From NCBI GenBank assembly GCA_907165135.1, contig OU015568.1:10230001-10294000 (forward strand): DNA of 64,000 bases, written 5' to 3'. A model generated the notes under the pieces. It saw only the letters and a program-made list of their open reading frames with translations. It had not been told where the DNA came from and made no database searches. Positions 23,598-40,512 of this stretch are shown piece by piece. How positions within the stretch are numbered: the first letter of the stretch is position 1; each line of letters opens with the position of its first letter. The position numbers and the translations under genes were made by a program. The stretch comes from Oikopleura dioica. Lineage: Eukaryota > Animalia > Chordata.

Positions 23598-26407
23598 ATG
23601 GGTAGTCGGCTGCGGCTGATATGGGATATTTTCATCGCAGCAGCGATTGTTGGAATTACTTCTTATATCATCTACGATGCTATTGCAGATAATGAAGAGA
23701 AAACTACGACAACGGCAATGCCTACAACAACGACTCTTTCAGATAGTGACTATGCAGATTCAATAAAAGTCTGCACAAATCCGCATGAAAAACTGGAGCA
23801 TCCAGAGAAATATCCCGAAAGTCCGCTGGATGAATACGTTTGGAGAGATGGTTAGATTTTTCAAAAATTTCTACTGAATTTATGTTTTAAGACGGAGCGT
23901 TCAATTTTGAGGTCATGTCAAATGAGGTTGTTTCCACCGCGAACGGTGACATGCAGGTCATAAAAGCCAATTTTACATCTCAACTTTGGCTTCCTGATGA
24001 AGACTGGCATCTAGAAGCTACTGGGAATAAGTATTGGATCCACTGGCTTACAATTTTTGTCCCACTTCCTGATCATAAGTATTATGATGAGCGACTTGTC
24101 AACACAGCTGCTTTACTCGTCGAAGGTGGGAGCAATAAAAAGGGAGAAACAGGTCCACCAGACGGCACCACCCTCGGGACATTTCTAGGCAAGCGATTCG
24201 GTAGGTCACTGAAGCAGTACTAAACTATTAAACTTTTCTTCATAGCGTCGTTTTCTGGAGCTGTCAGCATATCTTTGGAGCAAATACCAAATGGGCGTAT
24301 GCGTTTCAAGGACTGGAATAACGGCAATTCTGGTCTGGGTGGGGACGATCTAATTGGGTACACATGGAGACGATTTTTGGAGACAGGCGGAACTGAGCAC
24401 GAGAGGCTTCTTTTGATGCCGATGGCCAAGGCCGCTGTCCTGGCCTTCAACGCCACTTCAGACATTCTCCAACAAGAGCAATGCGGTCGAATTGGATCAA
24501 AACATCCTTGCAGAAAAGCTCCACTCGAAAAGTACATGCCATGGGGCTACTCAAAGCGAGGATGGACGGCGTGGCTCACTGCTGCTGTAGATTACAAGCG
24601 TGTCGCTGCGGTCAATCCTATCGTGTTGAGCTTTCTGAATATGATTCCCAATTTTCATCATTACTGGCGTGCATTCGGCGGCTGGAGCTTCGCCATGGCT
24701 CCATATTATAAGCAAAATATTACGAAAACGTTGGACGACCCGCTTAACATTGAAGCGGCAAAGATTCTCGACCCATACACGTTTAAGGGGGTGGTGGTCG
24801 AGAATTAAGATTTTTTAAACCATGATTGAGAAAAAACCGAAAGGGACAAGAAAATTTATATTTTCTAGGGTTAAAGATCAACGTTGAAAGAATGTGGGCG
24901 CGTGGAGAAAAAAAAAATTTTTTTTTTGAAAAAGCTGATAAAAATTTTATGAAAGTGGACCCTACTTCAATCCAAGATTACGGGCAAAATAACTTTTTTT
25001 TCAAAGATCAAACCTCATATGATGATAGAATAGACCCTTACGGATGTGGGCGCGTGGAGATTATTTAGTGTATCGCTGTAGAAAAAAAGTTCGTAATTGA
25101 ATCGAAAATGCTGGGAGCCTGAAAAATCGTCATTTTCATTCATTTTAAAATGAAATTTTCGAAAACATAACAGTAATCGTATTTTTTTTAGATTTTTATA
25201 ATTAAAATATGATCCAGAAATATAATCTTGCAGGAAAAAATCAATTTTTAAGTGGTTTTAGTGCGAAAAACGCGTTTTAGAATTTCCGAAAATGGCATTT
25301 TCATAGCATAAAATCGTAAATTTTCTTAAATAAAGTTGGTTTAATAAAAAAAAGCTAGAGACCAAAAATACTCCTTTTTTATCAAGGAATCTGAAAATAA
25401 TAATAGAATTTTAAAAAGTCGAAAAAAATTTTCTCGACCACCACCCCCTTAAAGACAGGCTTATCATGCCTAAGCTTGTAATCTCAGCCGCGGGAGACGA
25501 GTTTTTTATGGCTGACGATACCCACTATTGGCTCAAAGATATGAAAGGGCCAACATACTTTCGACTTCTTCCAAACGCGGAACACGCAACTGTCCTTCAC
25601 AGAAGAAATACAAAAGTTATGTATTTTACGATGCGTCAATTCTACCTGTCGTCAATGCTTGATCTGCCGATGCCAGGTGCGTAAACATCAACAAATAGCT
25701 AAAATGTCTTCGCACTATTAGACTACTGCACAACTCGCTACACACGAAATGATGGAAGGCGTGGTTTGCGAATCCAGACAAATGATGTTCTACGAGGCCT
25801 GGATGCGTTTATTGTCGACTCTCGGGATAAAAGTAGATTTAAAATCTTGACTTCGACTCTAGCTAAAATTTAGAACGCCGAGATTACCGTTTCATCCAGG
25901 TCAGAGAGGGAAGTTTCAAACCATTTGAACTTGAGCAAGACTTTCCCGGTTTCGAGGGTGTCTTTGACAATTACGACTATGAAGGTGGCAAGCAAATAAC
26001 CCTGAAGAATACAAGCCACTATCAATTCGACAGAGACATTGCGGACCAAGAAGAATTCCTGGAATACTCCCTTACCATCAAGGTTATATGAGCTTCATTT
26101 TTCAAACTAAAACCAATTAGGCGAATGTATGGCAACACTATACGCCTCACCAGATTGAAAACTCCGACTACGAATACGACTATTTTATCGAAATGGATCC
26201 TGGAGAGCTTGGCTACAGAGCTTTCCTTTTGAATGCTCAGTTTCAGGTATGCACTTTCCTGATGATACCTTGGTTAATTTGTTTGTTTAGGGTTCTTTCG
26301 ATGCTTATGGATGGTGGGAAACGACTTCCGAAGTCCAGTTCGCTGACATCGACCACGATCCCTTCGAAGACTGCGAAGGAATAAATTGCTACGGAACTCT
26401 TGTGTAA
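23598..26407 (+). CDS. PqaA/AprA-family (PhoPQ-activated pathogenicity-related) alpha/beta-hydrolase-like protein with N-terminal membrane anchor
   Basis: SPLDEYV; FTSQLW; GYSKRGWTAWLTAAVD; DPYTFK|DRLIMPKLVISAAGDEFF; PNAEH; C-terminus CEGINCYGTLV*; several spliceosomal introns. Confidence 0.88.
24787..25448. mobile_element. MITE with TTAA target duplication and GG termini (Kolobok-like), inserted in the PqaA-like coding sequence
   Basis: 18-bp TIR GGGGGTGGTGGTCGAGAA; TTAA at 24783-24786 and 25449-25452; empty site reads TTT AAA GAC AGG (FKDR). Confidence 0.9.
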
Positions 26408-26746
26408 TAAACTTTTATACGAGTCATTTTCGGTTCTCTGGAGATAGGATCGTTTGAGGTTATTACGTTATCAAAATTAAAGACAGAGAAAATTGATGAT
26501 TTTGTTATTTATTAAAAATATCAGTGGGAATATAAGCATTGTCTGGAACTCTGAGACATGTGGGAAGGCAGTTAAATGGAATAAAAATACAGTAAAGGCA
26601 GTTGATGAACGAATGTTTTTTTTCGAACGGAGTTATTTTGGGCTAAGAGGCAATTTTGCGTGTGGCAGTTGAATTCCAACCTAAATTTTTCGTAAAATAT
26701 GGAAAAAGAGTTTTTCTGACCTAATTTTTGGAGCGCCAGAAAAATG

Positions 26747-31519
<4,773 letters not shown>

Positions 31520-31849
31520 CTTATTTCTCTTTCGGCCTTTTTCCTCGTTTTTCCTTAAAAATCAGTTTTTCGCCGAGGAGAAGAATTTGGCTTTCGAAAG
31601 TAGCGTGGGAAAGTTTCCACCCCGCGGGAAAAATGCTCGACCAATCAGAGCGCGCGCCTAACTGAGGACCTCAATCTAGAAGAAATCAGGGAAGAATGAA
31701 AATTTTATTGAAAACACTAAGATTCAGGAAATACACGGATTTAGCGATATTTTCTCTTCTCATACTTTTCAATTGCTATTCTTTTGTTATGCAGACAATC
31801 TGACACGATTCTTTCGAGCTCAGGAGACAATTTATTTCAATGTTTTCGA

Positions 31850-32510
31850 CTATCTGTCAATACAAGTAGCAATGACATAAGAAGGGCCAACATAAGAATA
31901 TGCTCCTCCCCAGCCGCTCCAGTACTGGTAAGCCGGTGCCGATACAATCAGATTCCACGAACCAGCGCCATAGCAAAATCGAGCTCCTCCATGATCATTG
32001 ATGTAGTTATTCGCGCACCCGTTGAAATCATATCCACTCAGACCTGCACAGGCTTGTCCAGCTTCTGCGCTCACGGAATTCAAAATGCTCTGATTGACGT
32101 TTACGTAGGTCAATTCTCCGCACATGATCGTCCCATAGTAGGGTTCAACTATTCCCCACCAGGTTCGAGCTAAAATTTTCCATCTCGAGTAAAATGATCA
32201 ATTTTGGCGTCACCTTGAACAGTCTCCCAGTCAGATGTAAAAGCGCAAGTTACAGGCAAATTATAGCGATTTGAAAATGAACTTCTTATATTTTCAACGC
32301 ACGTTTCGTGGTAGATGTTGTACTGCTTGCATCTGAACAAAAGTTGGCAAGGCTAATCTTTGAAAGATCAAAAAAGCGCTTGAAGTTGGAGTTTGGTTGA
32401 GTTACTTTCGAAGAAAACAGACATTACCGTTGAATTTCTTGTCGAATGAGGGAAGTTGCCGTTGAGTCGTCAATTGCAAAAATACATTGAATAAGAAATA
32501 AAGCTCTCAT
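31850..32510 (-). CDS. Small secreted cysteine-containing protein of unknown family
   Basis: Signal-like MRALFLIQCIFA at 32510; last exon CGELTYVNVN...CAGLSGYDFNGCANNY...FCYGAGSW...TCIDR*. Middle exons approximate. Confidence 0.5.
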
Positions 32511-33497
32511 GATCAATAAAATTTCACTCATTCAACTCAGAAGGCCGACAAACATGTGTCTTTATTCTCAACCGATACAAGACTGTCTACTTTCTCATCG
32601 CCAAAAATTGAATTTGACAAGCAAGAAAACTTAGTCGCCGGATCCCCCCCACATTTACCGAAGTTCGACCCCTATCTACTTTTTACTGGCCTTACGTGTG
32701 GGGCTGGTTAGGGGCTCAGATTGAACTTCTTTTTTTGACGAACAAATACATGCTTGATAAGCCCCCATTCATAAGATTCACTATTAGTGAATTAAATGCA
32801 TCCGACTTTTATAGTTCAAATATCGCTAGACACGATCATTTCCGCTCCACATGCCTCGAATTTTCTCCTTCTTTCTATCTTGCTAGTCTTCTTTACTCTT
32901 ATTTTCTTTGAACAAGCAAGAAATAATAATCGCCGCGAAATTTGTTAATTGCCCCATTTACTTTTTGCGGTCCGTGCTCTCTGGAAAATTTCAAGTCCAT
33001 GGCCAGCGAAAAATCATTGAAATGACACGACTTTGCCTTTCGATAATTATATATTAGAATTTATTTACTTTTTTTTTATATAGATACAAGTTAAATGCTG
33101 CCGACAATTTGTATCAAAACGTAGTATTTCGATGAAGTGAAAGAGTTGAATATACAGTAGTGTTAGGTTAGTTCAATGAGATACAGTATAATATATAATA
33201 TTCATTTGATAGTATTTTTTTCGGTTTGGGTTTGGTGAACGAAAAACGTTCTATTGCACTAGCCCGACCTTGTCTTCGTGAAAAAATAATCATAATAGAA
33301 TTGCAACAAGAGAAAAAGAATTATCCTAAATAAAAAATAACAGATTCGAAACAAATCAAAAATATGAAATTATGAAGTATTGATGAGAATGGAAAAAGTC
33401 CTTAGAAATAATAATAGTGAATACAGTAGAATAAGATTTGAAATTTGAAATAATAAAAGAGAGAAAAATCGACACTTATGTTTTTTGAAGCTTGCTT

Positions 33498-36400
33498 TCA
33501 ATCAGTAGCTTCTTCTGTAACGTTTGATACTGTGTCATCATCCCTTTCGCTATCCGGCCTGGTGACGAGCACTGCCGATTCTGACTCACTGGCGGCGATT
33601 TCGGACACACTGTCGGATTTAATGCCCATTTGGATATCCTTAATCACTTGTGTTTAGTATGTGCTAATGAACACTAGAAACCGAAGATTCTCATTTCGGA
33701 TCGATTTAAGGTTAAGGATACCGAAGATTTTATGCGTCCAAGTGAGGCTTGTTCGCCGTCATTTTGCGGCTAATTCTTAGGTTTCGAGAGACTAAGTTTA
33801 AATTCGGCAATTGTTCCAGTTTCACTTTTATGCTTTTATGAATAATTAATTTCAAATCGAATTTTACTAGACTAATAAAACGACGAGTCTCTATGACCTT
33901 ATAATTTTACCAACTTCATTAGTTTGGGATTATTATTTTGAATAATTTATTTGAATAAACTGTATCACGTGTTACCTCGCTATCTGTGTCTGGCGGCTCA
34001 ATAGGATCAATTGGCGGTTCTGGATCAGGTTTTTGCTTGAGTTCCTGTTTGAGAAGCTCAACATCATGAATTGGGTATTCATTCATTTGTCCGACTTTGT
34101 TGACTTCGCTAGGGTTCATCGCTGTTCTTTCAGGCGTTCCGAACTCGATGTTGTCAACTGCTTCTACTCCCTAGATAAACCATCGTTAATTGATTGTTTT
34201 ATTATCGGCATCTACCTGGATGAAACAGTGGTCAGCGTTTCCGACTTCGTATTTAAAGGCGCCAAAACGGCCTCTACTCCAGACATTATGCGACTTCAAC
34301 CACTCCAACTGTTCATTAACAATCTCGTCGCGGTCGATCGTCGGCACCGGGAAGCCGTGCGTCATCTGAATACAACTGTTGCTCATTTTAAAGACGCTTT
34401 TCTAAGGATAATGTGATTCTCTATCGACTTCTTAATTAATCCTGGTTCTTTTTTACTCTGTCCCTTTTCGTAATGGAAATACAAAGATTGATGATAATAT
34501 TTACTTCGAAAAGTGCTCCAGTTATCTCCTTGAGACTCTTACCTGCGTGACATGCATGGACACGATTTCATCATCTGGTTTGAGAAGACCGACACCGAGA
34601 CAATCGATGATCACCTTAATCAAATTATTACCAGAAAAATCAGTTTCCCTTCGGAAAAGAAGGAGAGAGCGCCCCATCTGACCCCAGATTCTCGCGAACT
34701 GGAAGCAAGGCATAAACAAAAGCGCATTTTTTGGATTATTGGCTTTTTTCTGCTGATCCGACAGTTTCTCTAACGATTTCAGTCACAGTAAAAGCTCACC
34801 TGTTCAACCAAAGTTGCATTAGAGACTTCTTTTAGTGGGCCTTCAGAGATCTCAAGCATCAAGCTCCAATATGGACCGGGCTTGTAGCTTTCATCGTCTC
34901 TGCTTTGAATTTCTTGGTCCGCTCGGCGAAGGGTGATCAGCTCGGTTGTCTAGGATGTGCGTTAGTTGGAAAAGGAATAAGTAAGTTCAAGTGGCTCTCT
35001 AGGAAGCATGGGAATGTTGTTTTTATTAGGTTCACACGAAGTTAAAGAAAATACGAAAGCATATGGACATTTATAATATAATCTTAAAATAAAGTACGTA
35101 GAATAAATGACTCTGAAATCAGATTGCTGAGCTTGAAGAATCAGCTTTCAGCGGCTGGTCTCAAGATTTTACCACGTCATTGAGCGCAATTTGAAAAGTT
35201 TTAAGGGAATGTTCGACTTGAAAGTTAGTCACGCTCGCTAATTCAACAAGCATTTCATGTTTTTTGGTGATGTGGATATTTCTATTTCCAGAAAATTAGC
35301 TCAGGCGGAAGTCATTATAAAATAATTTAGGAAATGATAATCGATCCAATTGCCAACGAAAGTTCATGGAAGCTGAATTACTTCCTTATCTTAAACCCAG
35401 CGTTGATATTATGAAATGAAGTCCATATTATGGATCATTGTTTGAGGTTAATTTCATCGATGATAATGACCCTCGTGGCTCTTGAGATTTGACTCACCTT
35501 CTCGGGAACAGAATCAGCATCAACATTGCTGAAGACGCAGGCTTTGTGGAAGATTGTTCCCACTTCTGGGTAGTAGATAGCTCCGTTTTTGCCGAATAGA
35601 TCTTCTGGTGTTCCTCGCAAGCCCAGACAGACCAGGTGGAGAGAACTGTGAAGGAGTCGATCAGCGGCGTCTGATCGACCGGTCAGATCGAGAAGGGTAG
35701 AAAGAGGCATCGTTGAGATAAGATTCTGAAGTAAAAAGTCAATTTCGAAATATGAAATCGAAATTACGTCAGGAAGAAGAAACCAAGGAACTGGGACTGA
35801 TCACGCTCGATAATAAGCCGAGGGTTTAATTTCCATAATGCTAATCACCGTCTAATTTTGTTCAAAAATCTTGGCAATTGTGAATTAATTATTTTACGGG
35901 CGTTTTTCTAAGTAACCACCGAAGTTCCGCTTTCGTTTCCTAATTTATCACTTTGGATCGTTAGGCAAATTTTGCGTGTTTTTCTCGGAAATAATTTTTT
36001 AAACAAAGATCCCTTCAGACGGATCTGTCTTACCTTGTATCGAATTTCAATATCATCTCGAGTTTTGGCGACTTTTTCTTCAAGGTCAATTTGAACGACT
36101 TCAGCTCGGAATTTCACGTTGTTCCTTGGAAGCTTTTTCGCGAGCATTCTCCAAACTCCGCCAAGACCATTTCGTTTTGGGTACTTTATTTATTTATTTT
36201 TAGGTTTCAAAATATGAGTTCTACCTTGAAGCTGCTGGAATGGCCCCATAAGTCATCCTTCTGCTCCCCATCCAAAGTTCTTACAAGATCACGTTTCAAA
36301 TCTGTGGGAGGAATTTTACTATGCACCCAACTATGCGCAAGCTTCGTTGTCGGATGCGCCCATGTCTTGAACATCATTGGGCGGAAAAAGAGATTCGTAA

Positions 36401-37321
36401 GGGTCTCTCCCCATTGCTCCAAAAGCCAATCATCAAGGTTATTCGGGGGGTTTTCGTTTGGCACATTTTTTGCCAAAATCTGCGCCTTCACCAAATCGGC
36501 GAGGCAATCGGCTTGTTCCTTTGCTGGTAAACCGGCGAGGTTGGATTGGATCGGGAACTTGACGAAGTGGCTCCGCAAGCTTACCCAGTTGGTTCTGACC
36601 TTCTCGATGAATTCAATGAATTCGCGGTTTTTGATCAGCTTCCCTTCTGCATCATATTTCGGCCCAAGCTCAGCCAAGACGTGTTCTATGAAATCATATC
36701 TTCTCGGCAGCACTGTATACCCATGATCGAATCTGAAGCCTTCTGGCGTCCGGAAAGAGCCCGCAAGTCCGCCTGGCTGTTTGTCAGCATCAACAAGAAC
36801 CCAGTCGTCCTTCTCCAATTGAGATAACCTAAAAACCAAAGTTAAGGAGTCCAATATGTTCAATTAACTGGAGCCATTAAATATTCAAAAAGGAGGAAGA
36901 AAATAGTCGAAGAGTCGCTACTAAGTGGTAATACAGTACTTGACTGCATATTTATTCGACTTTCGCAAGGCTTGGTCAATGCGACTGTCATTTTTTCATT
37001 TTAAGTTATTTAAATTCTAGTTTTAACATCTTGTTAATACAAAAACACCGTCTCTCTGGAAGTTAACTCTAAAACAAAGTCAACTCAAACTCATGTCGAA
37101 TTTAAACTACGGTCGACTTTTGATTTTTTTCCGAACAAATATTCTCCAAAAAGAAACCTGTACAAAAATATTCAATAAGCCAATCCAATAAAAATGGTCT
37201 GAAGTAAATCTTCAAAACCATGTTTGAAATACCTATAAGCAGCACCTAGTCCCGTTGGGCCGCCACCAATAATCAACGTTTCAACATCAAAGCTCGAGCC
37301 GGGCCCTATCGTATTGCCCAT
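33498..37321 (-). CDS. glf: Eukaryotic-type UDP-galactopyranose mutase-like flavoprotein
   Basis: LIIGGGPTGLGAAYR|L; QPGGLAGSFRTPEGFRFD; FPIQSNL; LFFRPMMFKTWAHPTTKL; WSRGRFGAFKYEVGNADHCFIQ. Colinear with fungal UgmA as recalled. 3' end approximate. Confidence 0.8.
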
Positions 37322-37753
37322 GCTTCCCCAGGGTCAAGTTCTCTGTGCCCAAATTTTATGAAAATTTATCCAAAATTTGATAAGGAAAAGGGTTGAACTT
37401 TATTTTTAATTTATCCGCTGTGGGGAACTCGAGCGGCTTGCTGCAGGGGTCGGCCAATATTCCCCCCGGCCCGGGCGGATCATCTCCACCAACAAGCTCA
37501 AAAAAATTTTTTTCAGTAAGATTTATATTTATGATGATTATAATTCTACAATTAAAATTTAACGTCCGTATAATTAACTAAAAAGATCGATACCGAATTA
37601 ATCTGCTTAGAATCTACCAAAATAGAGCAGCAATCGATCACTCCATGTCTTCATGAAAGAGTGAATTTAGAACAATCTGTCTGAGAATTTGCCGTAGTCC
37701 TAATGAAAAAGCAGCGCTCGACTGTTATCTTTATTAGTCTTTCTTAGTAGATA

Positions 37754-38535
37754 CAGTCGACTCTGGCAATTACGAGTAGCAGAATTACGAGTATTTTGAC
37801 AAAAACCCGCCAATTTTGAAAACAAGGGATCATCGACCGAAAATAATTTTTTTCGAAAAAATTGAGAATGCTTGATTTTAATCATTAACCCGCTAACAGG
37901 GTGGTCGATTTTGCCTACGCTTTTGCCTGTCTGTGATTGAGTGAAAACATGGATCCGGGCATGCGATTGGCTACTCATTTCCACGCGTGGCCGTGAGACG
38001 GCCACGCGCCTGTTACCGGGTTAAATCTTTGGCTTAAGAGTCTCCGGCTCTTCAGATGGTTTTAAAGCAGCTTCAACAGATTGAAAATTTGCATTATTTT
38101 TTTTATGAAAGTCTGTGAATATTATTTTAATTTTTCGTTGACAAAAAACTTTCCAAAGGGGTACGGTAGTAGCTTAGAGCCTTAGCTCTCTCCTGAAAAA
38201 AATTAAGGGTTTCCCTCAGCTTAAATCCCTGAAAAAGCTTGATCCTATCAACCTGATCTTTAACGGCCTGTATATCATTGAGGAGGTAGAACTAGATTTT
38301 TTGAACAACCGTGATTTTCGGGATCATCATAAGGGAAGCGGTTGTAGTCGAGTGTTAAATTCGAGTTCCAATTAAATTAAGGGTGTAAATAAGATAGTTT
38401 CGGAGAAATACTAGCTCCAAGAAGGCCCATTTTCGCAATTTTCGCAAAATCGAGCCAAATTTTCCAACTCGGAGAATTACGAGTATTTCACGAAATTCCC
38501 GACAAAAAAAGGCTCGTAATTGCCAGAGTCGACTG
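37754..38535. mobile_element. 782-bp Tc1/mariner/pogo-type MITE, copy 1
   Basis: 23-bp TIR CAGTCGACTCTGGCAATTACGAG; TA on both flanks. Confidence 0.92.
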
Positions 38536-39730
38536 TACATTATTCTTTTTAAACAAGTAGGTCAAATAAATGACACTGTTCCAAAATGCCTCGCTAATTA
38601 AATATTGCTTTACGAATTTTTACTGATTATATATTATTAATGGATACCTGCTTGATGATTTCTGTTTAGCCAAAATTCCGGGTCGATCATCGCTGAAAAC
38701 ACTTTTCACCTTCATGATTTATGAAAATGAGAATATTAAAGATATTCTCATTTGTTTCTTTACCTTGCGGAACTAAGGCACGTCATCTGCGTTGCCGATC
38801 GACCAGTTTCTGGTGAAGAGCTTCTGCGATTCTTGCAGCAGTTGATTGGTATTCTAGCAGCGCTAGCAACATCGGTCACTGTGTTTTTAAGGAGCGTTTT
38901 CGCTTGGCTCAGTTGACTTTCCTGAACTATTTTGGCTTATTTATGCACGTTTTATCTTCATTTATTAATAAAAAGTATCTCGTTTCGTAATATACGTAAT
39001 AATTCACGATCATTCTTTCAGAAGCCTTTCCTATCTGCTCTGAACCCTCTTTCTTCGACATTCTCTCTCTCTACTTGCTCGTTTTCTGTTAATTACTTTT
39101 CTGGCAATGCCTATCTCTTTGGTTATTCTGGGTCTCCTTTGCGCTTGGAATGGGTATAAATTGAAATGAGTTTATTGACTTGTGTATTGGAAAGTATTTA
39201 CTCGCCTGCGGCAGTAGCGCGAGTGACTGTGGCCGCGGGGGGAACGCTTTCTACACGAGGGGCGGCTGAATATCCGATGAGACGGGGATAACCTTCGCCC
39301 TCCTCGCACTAAGAATACAACATATCCAAAGAGTCAATCGCCAAAAGTGCTTTTGCTCGATTTTAAGCAACGAAAACACAACCCACAGGCCCGCGCGGCT
39401 TTTCGATAAACGATTAGCGGTTAAGCGAAAATAGAAAATAGCGAAGGACGCTAAAAGTAGTATGCAACACGTGGCCAAAGTATTTTTACAAAATGATCGT
39501 TAAGAATCTATGAATCTGTAATTTAGTCCATGACTTGTCCATTCAGCTGGCGTCGTCATTAAATTAGACGATGAAGGGCTGCATGAATGTATTCTTTTCA
39601 TTTCTTGTCTTTGAAAAGGATTTTCCAAATTTCAAAATAAGACCATTTTGTTTCAACAAACTGTATCCCTAAAAAGAATCGTCTCTATCCCAAGTCATCA
39701 AAACCTAGCCTCGGTAGAGCTGATTACGTA

Positions 39731-40512
39731 CAGTCGACTCTGGCAATTACGAGCCTTTTTTTGTCGGGAATTTCGTGAAATACTCGTAATTCTCCGAGTT
39801 GGAAAATTTGGCTCGATTTTGCGAAAATTGCGAAAATGGGCCTTCTTGGAGCTAGTATTTCTCCGAAACTATCTTATTTACACCCTTAATTTAATTGGAA
39901 CTCGAATTTAACACTCGACTACAACCGCTTCCCTTATGATGATCCCGAAAATCACGGTTGTTCAAAAAATCTAGTTCTACCTCCTCAATGATATACAGGC
40001 CGTTAAAGATCAGGTTGATAGGATCAAGCTTTTTCAGGGATTTAAGCTGAGGGAAACCCTTAATTTTTTTCAGGAGAGAGCTAAGGCTCTAAGCTACTAC
40101 CGTACCCCTTTGGAAAGTTTTTTGTCAACGAAAAATTAAAATAATATTCACAGACTTTCATAAAAAAAATAATGCAAATTTTCAATCTGTTGAAGCTGCT
40201 TTAAAACCATCTGAAGAGCCGGAGACTCTTAAGCCAAAGATTTAACCCGGTAACAGGCGCGTGGCCGTCTCACGGCCACGCGTGGAAATGAGTAGCCAAT
40301 CGCATGCCCGGATCCATGTTTTCACTCAATCACAGACAGGCAAAAGCGTAGGCAAAATCGACCACCCTGTTAGCGGGTTAATGATTAAAATCAAGCATTC
40401 TCAATTTTTTCGAAAAAAATTATTTTCGGTCGATGATCCCTTGTTTTCAAAATTGGCGGGTTTTTGTCAAAATACTCGTAATTCTGCTACTCGTAATTGC
40501 CAGAGTCGACTG
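39731..40512. mobile_element. 782-bp Tc1/mariner/pogo-type MITE, copy 2, inverted relative to copy 1
   Basis: Same TIR and TA flanks; internal sequence is the reverse complement of copy 1, and the ORF track gives the same peptides over the element-internal portion on opposite strands. Confidence 0.92.

Noticed and set aside
19109-26407. PLBD1, PLA2-like and PqaA-like genes as a lipid-hydrolase cluster
   Set aside because: Unrelated folds, mixed strands and an inactive PLA2; adjacency alone is not evidence.
23598-26407. Bacterial contamination explaining the PqaA-like (and UGM-like) genes
   Set aside because: Both have spliceosomal introns and flank conserved eukaryotic genes such as SMC3.
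37700-38540. ORFs inside the 782-bp MITEs (also 39648-40548)
   Set aside because: No transposase motifs; they recur only because the element is duplicated.
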